Part shown: positions 18,777 to 31,102 of the stretch, one piece after another
Numbering within the stretch: the stretch's first letter is position 1
How the letters are laid out: the number at the start of each line of letters is the position of its first letter
Origin: the human T2T-CHM13v2.0 reference genome, Homo sapiens
Length of the DNA: 64,000 bases
Assembly: GCF_009914755.1 (NCBI RefSeq)
Contig: NC_060938.1
Strand: one strand, 5' to 3'
Made by a program: the position numbers and the translations under genes
Notes under the pieces: generated by a model
The model's database searches: none
What the model was told of the DNA's origin: nothing
The model's input: only the letters and a program-made list of their open reading frames with translations

Positions 18777-20872
18777 CCCAATTTTCCAGGTGCGTCCGTC
18801 ACCCCTTTCTTTGACTGGGAAAGGGAACTCCCTGACCCCTTGCGCTTCCCAGGTGAGGCAGTGCCTCACCCTGCTTCGGCTCCTGCACGGTGCGCGGACC
18901 CACTGGCCTGCGCCCACTGTCTGGCACTCCCTAGTGAGATGAACCCAGTACCTCAGATGGAAATGCAGAAACCACCCGTCTTCTGCGTCGCTCACGCTGG
19001 GAGCTGTAGACCCGTGCTGTTCCTATTCGGCCATCTTGGCTGTGTATACCATATTTCATTCCACTTTAATGTTTCTTCATATTCCTACCAATGATTGGTA
19101 TTATCAGGCTTTTTGATTATAGCCATTCTGATGACTGTGTAGCTCACTGAAATTTTAATTTACATTTCTCTAATGACTGACGACATTGAGCATATTTTAA
19201 TGAGATTATTGGCTTTTTAATATTTCCTTTGATAAAAACTTTTGCCAATTTTCAATTGGATTGTCTTCTTATTAATGAGCTATAAGTGTTCTGTAAATAT
19301 TTATGATTAAATCCTTAATCAGATATATGATTTGCAAGTATTTTCTTCCTGTCCGTGGCTTGTTATTTTATTTTTAACAACATCACCAAAAGTTTTCTTT
19401 TTTATGAAGTCTAATTTGTTACTTTTTTATTTCATGAAATGTGCTCTGTGTGTCTTATCTAAGAAACATTTGCCAAACCCAAGATCACTGATATTTTTTT
19501 CTTATGATTTCTCTGAAAGTTTTATAATTTAAGCTCTTAACACTTAGGTCTATAACACATTTTCACATTTTTAGCTGATTTTTATGTAGGACGTGAGGTA
19601 AAGGTGTGAGTTCATTTTTGCAGACGAATATTCAATTGTTCTAGCACCATTTGTTGAATAAACTATCCTTTCATCATTGAATTGTCTTTGCGCCTCTGTC
19701 AAAAATCAACTGATTATAAACTTGGGGGTTTTCTTCTCCTGCCTATCCTTAAGCAAATACCACGTTGTTTTGATTACTATAGCTTTAGAGTTTGTTTTGA
19801 AATGGAATGGTATAAGTTATCCTATGCTGTTCATTCTAAAAATTGTTTTAACTATACTAAGTCTTTCATGTTCAATCTATAGATAAATTTGAGGAGAACT
19901 GCCATCTTAATAATATGGAGTCTTCCAGTCTGTCAGTATGGAATTTTTCTCCACTGATCTTTCTTAATGTGTCTTCCAAAGTTTTGTGATTTACCATGTA
20001 CAGGTCTCGTATTTCTTTTGTTATATTTATTCTTAAATGTTTTGTTATTTTTATATTATGAATAAACAACTTTCTTAGTTTTACATGCAAATTTTTTGTT
20101 GCTAGTATGTACAAATAGAAGTGACTTTTACATTGATCTTTTATCCTTTGATTTTTAAAAACATTTATTAGTTCAATTATGTTTTTGGTACATATCTTAG
20201 AATTTTCTATATGTAACAGTATATGGCCTTTGAATAAAAACTGTTTCGCTTCTTCTTTTCAAATGTCTGTGACTTTAATTGCTTTTTCTTACCTGAATAC
20301 ATGGGCTAGAACCTTCTGTGTGTTAATAATAGACATTCTGGCCTTGTTTATGATCTAAAAGAAAACATTGTCTTGCACAGTTAAGTATAGTATTAGTTGC
20401 AGTTTTTCATGAATACTGTTTAGCAGATTGAGGATCTTTCCTTCTAACATTTTTGAGTTTTTATCATAAATAGGTGCTGAATTTTGCATTTTCTCTGTTC
20501 TTATTAATATCAATAATTCTACTAATTGGTTTTGAATGATAAACGAACCTTACATTCCTGGGATAAATCCCACTTGATCATCATGTATAATCCATTGTTT
20601 ATGTTTCTGGAATGTTTGTTAAAATTTATTAAGGGCTATTGCATCTGTATTTATAAAGAATATTGACCTATAGTTTTATTGTGATGGGTTTGTATGGCAT
20701 CATTTTGAGAGAGATATTAGACTCATTGATTTGGAAAGTATTTCCTTTTTTTTTTCTGAGTTTGAGTAGGATTATTTCTTCTGCAAATATTAAATAATTC
20801 ACCTGTGAAACCACTTAGTCTTGGATTTTTCTCTGTTGAAACATCTTTAATTACTAATTACTAACTCAGTTT

Positions 20873-21148
20873 CTTCTTTTTTAATTAAAAAATATATTTA
20901 GGAGGTACAAGTGCAGATTTCTTACATTTATGCATTGCAGAGTGGTAAGGTCTGGGCTTTTAGTTTACCCATCACCCAGATAGTGAATACTCTACCCAAT
21001 AGGTAATTTTTCAGTCCTCACATCTCCACCCACCCTCCCAGCTTTTCATAGTCTCCAGTGTCTATTATTCCACTTTGTATGTCCATGTGTAGTCATTGTT
21101 TAGCTCCCACTTATAAGTGAGAACATACAGCATTTGACTTTGTTTCTG
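20873..21148 (-). mobile_element. 5'-truncated L1PB (L1PB4-like) 3' end
   Basis: ggtacaagtgcagatttcttaca...ctcccacttataagtgagaaca; TSD taactcagttt at 20862-20872 and 21149-21159. Confidence 0.85.
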
Positions 21149-23281
21149 TAACTCAGTTTTTTTATAAATCCTTCATGTCTCTGTGGATTTTCTATTTCTT
21201 CTTGAGTTAGTTTTGGTAATTTGTGTCTTTCTAGGCACTTGTCCATTTTATTAAATATCTACATGGTCTAATTTGTCTACATTAACAAGTTATGATATTC
21301 CTTTGTGATTATTTTAATTTCTCTATGTTAACAGTGATGTTCCCCATGTTATCCCTGATTTTTGTCATTTGTCATTTGGTCATTTCTGTTTTCCTTGGTC
21401 TCTAAAGCTAAAGTTTTACCTATTTAATTGATTTTTTTAAGGAATCACATCTAGGTGTCATTGATTCTCTGTTGCTCTGATTTCTATTTCATTGATTTTA
21501 CTCTGGCCTTTATTATATCCTTCCTTCTGATTACTTTGGGTTTCTCTGGTTTTTCAAAGTGGAATAGATTATTGATTTGAGATTTGTATTCTTTTCAAAC
21601 ATAGGCCTTTGAAGCTATAAATTTGCCTTTGTGACCTTGAAAATAATGTGTATTGTGCTATTGTTAGGTGAAGTGTTTTATAAATGTGAATTAGGTCGAG
21701 TTAGTGTTGTCCAAGCCTTTTATATCTTTCCTGATTTTCTGTCTAGTTGTTCTAGCAATTATTGACAGGTACTAAAATCTCTAACTATAATTTTTTGATT
21801 TATCTATCTCTTCTTTTTATCCTGTTAGACTTTGCTTCCTGTATTCTGGGGCTTTTGAAAATTAACATGGCCATTATATTTATCTTATAATTACAATTTG
21901 CAAAAACTATATATATGTGTGTGTATATATATATATCCTTTTACTTTCAATCTTTGTCTTTGAATTTAAAGTATGTCCCTTGTAAAGAGTATATCATTGG
22001 GCCTGCTATTTTGTTTAGTTTTACAATCTGTCTATTGATTGGTGTTTATCCCATTCACACTTAATGTCATTGGTACATGAATTTACATCTGCCATTTTGT
22101 TATTCATTTTCTTTAACAGTCTCATATTTGTTTCTTCATTCTTCTTTCATTTCTTTTGTATTAAATACTATTCTGTGTATCCTTTTAGTTTCTCTGTCAA
22201 TTTTTTAAATGACATGTTTCAAAGTTATTTCTTAGAAGCTGCTCAAGGGGTTACAATATATATCTTAATTTATCAATATCTATCTCATACTGAAACTCCT
22301 TAAATTCAGTTAAATATAGCAATCTTGCTACGTTATACCTTCATTTCTTCCCCATTACTTTTTGCTAGTTTGTACATATATTTTTGCTAGAAATATAGAT
22401 TTAGAAGAGGAAACACATATTACTTAATGTTTTCGATTTATTCACATACTTCCCATATATTGTGCTCTTCCTTTCTTCTCATGGACTTGGGTTACCACAT
22501 CCTTTTCTTTCACCTTTTCAGTGCTGCTAACAATAAAGTCTCTCAGCTTTTGTTTATCTAGGAATGTATTGTTTTCATATTCATTTTTGAAGGATAGCTT
22601 CACTTAATATAAAATGCTTGACTGACAGTTTTTTTTTAATTCAGCACTTTGAATATGTCATTTCACACCTAATGTTTCCTATTGTTTCAAATAGGAAGTC
22701 AGCAATTTATGCTATTGTTGCTCTCTGTACATGAAGAGTCACTTTTCTCCTGTTGCTTTCTAGAGTTTTTGTTTGTTTTTGGCTTTCACTAGTTCAACTA
22801 TGATGTGTCTAGGTGTGAAGTTCTTTGTTTTGTTCTGCATGGGATTTGTTAAACTATTTGGATCTGTTGGTTAATTTTTTAAAATTCAAATCTATAAAGT
22901 TAGAATTATTTTCTTTTTTTTTTTTTTTTTTGCTCCCTTTCATTTGTGGCCCTCCTAGGACTCCATTACAAATATATTTATATATGTAATACTTTCTACA
23001 GATTTCTGTGACTTTCTTCATCTGTCTCTCTGTATTTAAGATTACATAATTCCTATTAATCTGTCTTCCAGTTCATTCTTTCTCTTGCTGCTATATACAA
23101 TCTGTCATTAATCTGATTTAGTAAAATGTTATTTCAGTCATTGTGCTTTCAACTTTATAATTTTATTCAGTTCTTTTCTATAGTTAATATTTATTGATAT
23201 TCTCTATTTGAGTCATTATCATTATATATTTCTTTATTTTTTAAATTCTTTGGTTATATCTATAATAGCTGCTGTGAAGTG

Positions 23282-23593
23282 TTTTTTTGTTTGTTTGTTT
23301 GTTTTTATTTTTTGAGACAGAGTCTCACTCTGTTGTGCAAGCTGGAGTGCAGTGGTATGATCACAGCTCACCACAGCCATGACCTTCCAGGTTCTGGTGA
23401 TCCTCCCACCTCTGCCTCCCAAGTAGCTAGGACTACAGGTGTGTACCACCATGCCTGGCTAATTTTTTGTATTTTATGTACAGTCAGGGTTTCATCATGT
23501 GCCCAGGGTGGTCTCAAACTCCTGGACTCAAGCGATCTGCCTGTCTCAGCCTCCCAAGACGCTGGGATGAGGCGTGAGCCACCATGCCTGGCC
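23282..23593 (-). mobile_element. AluJ
   Basis: Dimeric Alu with J diagnostics (cacagctca, gatcctcccacc, gactcaagcgatc) and a (TTTG)n tail. Confidence 0.92.
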
Positions 23594-23695
23594 AGAAGTT
23601 TTAATTGCTAAATTCATCATTACCCACTCTGAGAGAATTTATACAGACTTCTTTTCATGTTTTCCACATATGTCATACTTTTCTGTTACTTTACC

Positions 23696-24100
23696 TGATA
23701 GTTAATTTTATGTGTTAATTTGCTGGGTTATGATGTCTGGATGTTTAGTCGAGCATTATTCTGGATGTTTCTGTAAAGATGTTTTTGAATGAAATTGAGG
23801 TTTAAGTCAGCGGACTTTGGGTAAAATAACTTACCATCCACAGTTTGGGTGGACCTCATCCGGTCAGTTGAAGGCCTTAATAGGACAAAGACTGATCTCC
23901 CTGAGAAAGAAGGAATTCTGCCAGCAGACTGCCTTTGCACTTGAACTGCAATTCTTTCTGGAGTCTCCAGCCTGCCAGCCTACACCATCATATTGTGGAT
24001 TCACTAAGGCTCCATAATTGCAGAAGCCAATTTCTTAAAATAAGTCGCTCTGTATATTTACACATCCTGTTGGTTTTGATTCTCAGGAGAATCCTAATAT
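23696..24100 (+). mobile_element. ERVL solo LTR (MLT2D-like)
   Basis: gttaattttatgtg...agttgaaggccttaatag...gaaggaattctgccagcagactgcctttg...ggagaatcctaata. Confidence 0.85.
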
Positions 24101-26109
24101 AATTTGCATATCTCATAATTTTTTGTTGAAAACTAGATTATATGATATATGTAGTAATTCTGGAATCTTGTTTTGTTTGTTTTATTAATTTGACTAGATT
24201 TAGTCTGTGGAATCTGTTTCCTCCACACTGTGGCATCGATATCTCTGCTCAATTTTTAAAATGCTATTCTTATTTTTAAACTTGGTTTTCTAGGGTTGCT
24301 CCTGTTTTATCATAGTTTAGAGGTCAGCCAATGATTAATCACAGGTTGTGCTTAAACATCTTGAGACTGCGTAAGGCTTCCAACCTCCGCCAATGGATGT
24401 GTGAGTCAGTCAGAGAGCAAATTCAATGTTATGATAACACGACTTGGTTTTCCTAACTACACTTCATATCAAGTCATCCCCCTCTAGCAGCAATGCTGCT
24501 AGTTTTCATGGCTAGCCCCATCCTGGTTACATTAACTGTGCCAGAGTTACAGAATCTTTCTGTTCTTATACAAAGTTAAGCAGTTTTTCTTGAATAAATG
24601 CTTCTAAATTTATTGCTTGCCAATGGTTAATTTCCAGATAACTAAAATGGTTATGGCAATTTGGTCCAGTTTTATGAAAGTTTTTCTGGAAGAGGGCTGG
24701 CTGATTTCTCTACTATTGCTTGAAGCTTCACTCTGAAAATCTATTTATTATGAATCTGCATCTTTCATGTATAACATGCATCTCATTCAAGTTTGAATCA
24801 GCACTTTTGACTTCCTTCAATCTACTTTCTGCTCTGATCACTCAACAGCAAATGTCACAGAGGTCCATTCTTAGCTCTGGTCTTTCAATGTTAACTCTGG
24901 CCTATATGAAGTTGTAGAAAGCAAACTTGTCACATTTGCTGAGATCCCACGGTGTAAAATGGAAACTAATTATATAGATGACAAAAATCAGAATTTTATC
25001 AACTGGTTAAAAAGCAATAAGGATTAACATGAAAACAAGTGTTTAGGTTCTGAATTGCACAAGTATCGTTGACTGGTTTGCAGCCTCTCTGCATTACTTC
25101 TTTCTCCTATATATCTTCCTAACCACCCAATCAGGGAAATCATTTAATGCCTAGGTTCAGGTTTATTTCCTGACTATCCATATGATGTTTAAGCTTTCAT
25201 GTCAGGTAAATGTTCATGAGTGTGTCTATTTCCTTGCTTGCTTCATATATTAGGCACTCAGCGAATAGAAGTTTTATTATTGCGAACCAAGTGTTTTTGG
25301 ATTCCTCCTCTACTTCCTCATGCTTTGTAAAAATTCTAAGCATCTGTCTGTAGAATCACAATTTTTCTCTGCTCTGTTGTTAAGAAAACGAGGAGAAATG
25401 CTGGCTTCTCCTTATCTTTCATTCCTTATATCCATTCACTTCGCTATCTTATATTAGTTATTTTATCTATAAAATATTACTTCTTGAATTTCTGTTTCCA
25501 CTAACCTAACCAGGCTCACACCACCTTATACCTATATTATCACAATCACTTTGTAATGCTCACCTGACATTGGTCAGAACATGCAGTGGAGTTTTCAGGG
25601 ATAGGCAAGAATGAGCAATTCAAGTTCTTTTCTTTTGATTTACTCTTGAAGCAGCTATAAAGCAGGAGGCAATGTATATGAAAAAGACAAAAATGCAAAT
25701 GCTTGGTCACAGTTTTTGGATTTTCTTGGTATCTTGTGGAAGCATGTTCAAATTGCATTCTTGGCATCCCACATGGTTTGAAACATCCATCAGGACAAAG
25801 AGTTCAAGAATAATGGTATCGCTGTCTTTTAGAACTCAGTTATATCGGCACCCAGAAGTGAAGTATTTTTATCATATAATACTATAATTCTGCTCCTCGG
25901 TTTGCCTGATATTCAAACAAAGGGCTTGGAAATTCTTGCTCTGTTTGTAGACATTATCTATATTCAATGCCCCCTATTCTTTTTCCATTCACTCATAGCC
26001 TCTTGCTAATCTAGCTTTTGTCTCCAATATTCTGTTCCAAATATATCCCCTTTTTAAATTTTCAATTAACTCCACATTGTTAAATCTTATGGCCAAATTT
26101 CTGTCTTCA

Positions 26110-26209
26110 CCTTATTTATGCCACCTAAGAATTTGACATAGTATCTCCTTCCATCCTCCTTATTTGTGCCACCTAAAAATTTGACTCAGTATCTCATTCC
26201 ATCCTCCTT
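26110..26209. repeat. Tandem duplication, 48-bp unit x2
   Basis: ccttatttatgccacctaagaatttgacatagtatctccttccatcct is repeated at 26158 with about 5 mismatches. Confidence 0.9.
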
Positions 26210-26235
26210 GATATGTGGTCAATTAGCTGCCAAGA

Positions 26236-26655
26236 TGCAGGTGCTGCTGATCTTCTATTTGCTCTTCCCAAGGCACACTTGATTCATCTCCCTTCTCCTG
26301 TCTAGCCCTGTGAGGCTAACCTGCATGGATTACATCAGTAGGATCTTGTGCCTTCTGGCTTTCAGTGACATCCAGTCAATAGGAAGCCCTAGTAAGACAT
26401 GAGAGGGAGAAGAATGAAGTCAGGTATGTATTTTCTTGACTCCCTCCCTTGAAGGTTGCCTTGAGCTGATTATATGCCTTCTCTCACAGTAGTGAAATCT
26501 ACCCGACTCCCTCAATTTATAATCAACTCTACCCGACTGTCTCCCTCAATTTATAATAAACTCCCTCCTTGACTCATGAAGTCTAGAGACAACTAGCATT
26601 GGGACACTTTACTATTGCCAGTGATTTCCTGAGCCCACACCTTTGTAAACAATTT
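26236..26655 (+). mobile_element. LTR33-like ERVL LTR within an L2
   Basis: gaggctaacctgcatggattacatca...ccttctggctttc...caataggaagccc...gaagtcagg motifs. Confidence 0.65.
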
Positions 26656-26659
26656 TCAC

Positions 26660-26940
26660 TACCTCTATTTCCACTGGTATCACTCTACTCCAAGCCTCCT
26701 ATTTTATGTGGATTATAGCACTAACCTCATCACCTGTTTCAATTTGTGACCTCTTAACTCTATCCATGAGTGTATTCTCAACACAGCAGCCAGAGTAACC
26801 CTTTGGAAATCTAAGTTAATATCATGTACCCCTCTGTTTCAAAGCCTTTTAGGAAAATTTATTAAAAGTTCAAACCAAAGTTCTTATTGCTTTCTGAAAG
26901 CCTTACATTCCCTGGCTTTTTTAACCCCTGTGATTTGATT
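26660..26940 (+). mobile_element. L2 fragment
   Basis: acacagcagccagagtaacccttt...aaagccttaca motifs; the L2 3' end resumes at ~27617-27730. Confidence 0.7.
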
Positions 26941-26941
26941 T

Positions 26942-27480
26942 TGAAGGGGTGGCCTGCCCTCCACACCTGTGGGTGTTTCTTGTCAGGTGGGACGAGAGAC
27001 TGAGAAAAGAAAGAGACAAAGTATAGAGAAAGAAAAGTGGGCCCAGGGGACCAGCGCTCAGTATATGGAGGACCCGCGCCGGCACCAGTCTCTGAGTTCC
27101 CTCAGTATTTATTGATCGTTATTTCTACCGTCTCGGAGAGGGGGATGTGGCAGGACAATAGGGTAATAGTGGGGAGAAGGTCAGCAGGAAAACATGTGAA
27201 TAAATGTCTGTGTATCATAAACAAGGTTAAGAAAAAGGTGCTGTGCTTTGATGTGCACATACATAAACATCTTGATACATTAAAGAGCAGTATTGCCGCC
27301 AGCATGTCTCACCTCCAGCCCTAAGGCAGTTTTCTCCTATCTCAGTAGATGGAATATACAATTGGGCTTTACACCGAGACATTCCATTGTCCAGGGACAA
27401 GCAGGAGACAGATGCCTTCCTCTTATCTCAACTGCAAAGAGGCCTTCCTCTTCTACTAATCCTCCTCAGCACAGACCCTT
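26942..27480 (-). mobile_element. HERV-K(HML-2) LTR5 (LTR5A/B-like), 3' half only
   Basis: The reverse complement reads aagggtctgtgctgaggaggattag...gatcaataaatac...cacaggtgtggaggggcaggccaccccttca. AATAAA at 27108-27113. Confidence 0.9.
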
Positions 27481-27616
27481 ATATATGTACATATATGTAT
27501 GTGTATGTATATATAGATATATGTATATATATAGACATATGTGTATTTATACATATTGCCTTTGTTATTTGTAATATATATACACATATATGTATTTATA
27601 AGTGCGTATATACATA
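27481..27616. repeat. (TA/TG/CA)n low-complexity tract
   Basis: Alternating purine-pyrimidine run. Confidence 0.9.
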
Positions 27617-29077
27617 TTGTCTTTCCAATCAGCTTATAAGCTTCTCAATGGTAATTATGCCATGCAATTTTTTGGTGACTTCTGAATGTCATATAGAGAA
27701 AGTTCAAAAATATTGTGAAATTAAATAGAATTTGAAATTTTTTCTTTTAACAATAATTAATATAACTTTAATTCATTCAAACATACTCAAAATACTTTCT
27801 CAAATATAAGATCAAATTTTGCTAAATTTATGTGACTTTGTATTTGCTTTTGATATAAAATTCATTATATGCTTGCCTTGAAAACTTCTCATACATTTGT
27901 TCTGAAACTTTAAAAAAAAGATAGATTTTTTGAGGTGTTTAGATTTGAATAAAATGTTAGAAATTTATAAAGACTAAGGTCCTCAGAAAATATGTCATGT
28001 GCATGCTCTGGGTCAATCACGTATTTGCAAACTACATACGGATACAGAATAATATCTAAGAATTCTTGTCTTGAATAAATTACCTGCTCATTAATGTTCT
28101 AAAAGTGATTCCACATGTGTATTGGGATATGGAGTCACTTGTCCAATTTGTGTTTATTTCCTAACTGGGTTAATATATTGATTCCACATGATTTGGGAGG
28201 CTGGTGATTTTTCTTACAACGTCTATATTACTTTAATAACAAATCTCTATTTAACAATAAAATATTATTTTATAATATCATTATATATATGAGTCTGATA
28301 GGCTCTGGGAGAAGGCATTCAGAAACATTATCTCCAAGTTATTGTACTGCCCACTGAATTTGATTCTTTACCATCTTTGTTTCTAAAGCATAAAGGAATA
28401 AAAAAGAAGTGGGAGAGATGAAAGGACAAAATTACAGGTGGGCTATATTGACCAGCACTATAGAGCATATGTCTCTTTTCTGTAATTTAGATTTCTATCC
28501 TTTTCTTGATTGATATTTTGTTTACCATTTGATCATTCCAGAATTGATCACTTCATTTTATTAATCCCTTTCAGTTCTCATTCAAATTGCTTAAGAACAT
28601 GAGAGTGTCTTAATCTCCTGTTTAAAAAAGTGTGGTTGGTTTAATTTTTAATATTTTCATATTCTAACCATCTGATACCTAAGTGAAAATTTAGTTTCTA
28701 TTGTTTTGAAAACAATATTTTAGAATAGATTATTTAGAACCATGTAATTTTCTTCCCAACCCTCATTCTAGGTCATATGTTCAAAATGTTATTGCTATTT
28801 GGCAAGTGCCCAGAGTCACACTACTTGAGACTCCTACCTGGTCTACCTCCCGTCCCTAGTCATTTCACCCTGCTTTCCGAGCCCAACCCCACAACCTCTT
28901 GCCTGTTCCTCTCTGTCTCTTCTCTGCTCTCAACCTCTCTTTCAGACCTCCTATACTTCTCCTTTCCAGACTTCAACAAAGTTCACATAAAAGAGACACA
29001 GGGCTGAGAGAACACATAAGTGAACTCCTTTCAAAACTAAGTACAAATGCCAAAGCTCTCTCTTTTTAGTTTATTCA

Positions 29078-29350
29078 GCAGCAATATAACGCAGTGGCTA
29101 AAAGCACGGACTCTAAAGTTTGGGTTTGTGTCTTGTCTTTGCCTCTGTTATTGGAATCTTGGTTCATAATTTCTAAGAGCTCAGTTTTCTTAATTGGAAA
29201 ATGAAGATAATAAAAGTCCCCTACACAAGTCTGCATGAGGATTCAATATATTAGTATTTGTGTTAATATATAAATACTTAATTTTAACATATAACACATA
29301 AGTACTTAGAATAATACTTGGCCCATAGTAAGTGCCACTTCTGCTATTAC
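29078..29350 (+). mobile_element. MIR
   Basis: gcagtggctaaaagcacggactct...ctcagttttcttaattggaaaatgaagataataa. Confidence 0.75.
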
Positions 29351-30364
29351 TATGTAATTATCAGTGTGTTAGTACACTATTACTATCACTATAGCTACGC
29401 TATAGATACATACATTTTAGCTGATACTATTATTATTAAGCTTGTTCACAATAATGAAGGGGAGACTATTCATGGAAAATCATGCTAGATTATGTTCTCT
29501 GTTATAGAAATATTTTTTAAAAAAACTTACGAACAATCTCTCCTTGATCTTTAAGCACATATATGGAGTCTACTAGGACAAAACAGGGCTACAAAGCATA
29601 TTTTTTATTAATCCTAATAATTTGTTACAAACTCTTGATTGCTTCTTCTGTTCTTTGTTAAAATTTTTTTAATTGGCTTTTATCTTTGAGGAAACATTCC
29701 AACATCTCCAAATCTATAATTTTACTGTGGTCTGCAGTTGTAACTAAGCAGACTTAAAAGCAAAAAAAAGATAGCAAGTACATAGAGGGAGAGATGCCAA
29801 AACTATAGACAATTTAAGTCTTCTGGAATTTTCACTCTTCACAGTTTGCCACAGTCATGTGAGAAATCAGTGTCTTCCTTTCCAATCGCATTATTATCAC
29901 TGGGTCTTTTTCATTACTTTTGCAATTTGGGGCATCTAGGCTGCAAAATTAAGAGATTATTTTCTCTCAAAACTGAATAGATAACAAAATAAAAACATAG
30001 ACATGTATAAATTGTACACTTCAGTATTTACGGATTGAGATGTCAATCACAATATTAGAGATATAAGAAGGGACAATTACAATAATTTTACCATCAAAGC
30101 ATCTACTCACATTCATTTTGTACCAATAAAGGTTAGGCTCTGTGCTAGTCAATGCTGTGGTGGATAAAAATAGGTATCATTCACTTTATCATTGTCTTAG
30201 GCATTACACTAGGTGCTGGGGAGAAAAAAATGAATAAGACACAGTGCAGGTCTTCATAGCCTGGTGGGAGAAAAAGACATAGCTATCAAGTATCTCCAGC
30301 TTAGTTATCAGAAAAAAAAATAACACATGTAAAAGGCTTGGCTTGAATTTCATTACCAAAAATC

Positions 30365-30682
30365 TAAGGCTTGCAGACTATCATGAGCAAAGCTTGAGTG
30401 AGAGAAACTAGACCTGAAAGAGTACATTCTTTGTGTTTGCATTTCAATAAAGTTCAAAATGAGACAGAACCAAGCTATGGTGTTAGTAATAAGGAAAGCG
30501 TCTCCCCCTTGCAGGGGGTGGTGATTGGAAGGGAGCACAAGGGAGGCTTCTGTGATGCTGAGCTGAGAATAGTTATTCAGTTTCTTGATATGGGTGCTGC
30601 TTATATGAGGTTGTTCACTTTGAGAAAAAACACTTATGATTTTTACACTTCTCAGTGTGCATGTTATACTTCAATTAAAAAA
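30365..30682 (+). mobile_element. L1ME-class 3' end
   Basis: gtgattggaagggagcacaagggaggcttctg...atgttatacttcaattaaaaa. Confidence 0.7.
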
Positions 30683-31102
30683 AAATCTCATGACTGGTTA
30701 GAATTCCAAAAGGATTCTTCTGATATTCTGCCAAATGTCTAGAGAGAGGCATAATAGTATCCTCTTGTTTTTCTCTTTCTCCAGGACCCCTGCATTTCCT
30801 CAGGGCTAGCCTTGTGTCTTCCTGGGCTAACTCAAATATAACAGATAGTCATGTCTTTAGGGTCCACCGAATATATATTAGCATGCATGTTTCATTAACA
30901 TTGGCTTCACAGACTTGATTGGAGGCTTTTGAAGCATATAGAAAAGTGGTTTACACTGGGATCACGCATGGAACTTTAAATGTGATAGGTATCATTGTTC
31001 ATAGACACGTTCTTTGTCCACCTTTATGGATTTTCCTGCATCTAGGTCTAGATTCTCCCCTTTTTTTCATTCTGACTTTTCTTCTCTATATTCTCTTCCC
31101 TC

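Noticed and set aside
23234-23611. Alu-overlapping ORFs (also 40739-41068)
   Set aside because: Typical Alu translation artefacts.
27293-27728. ORFs with YICI-like repeats
   Set aside because: Translation of the TA/TG microsatellite.
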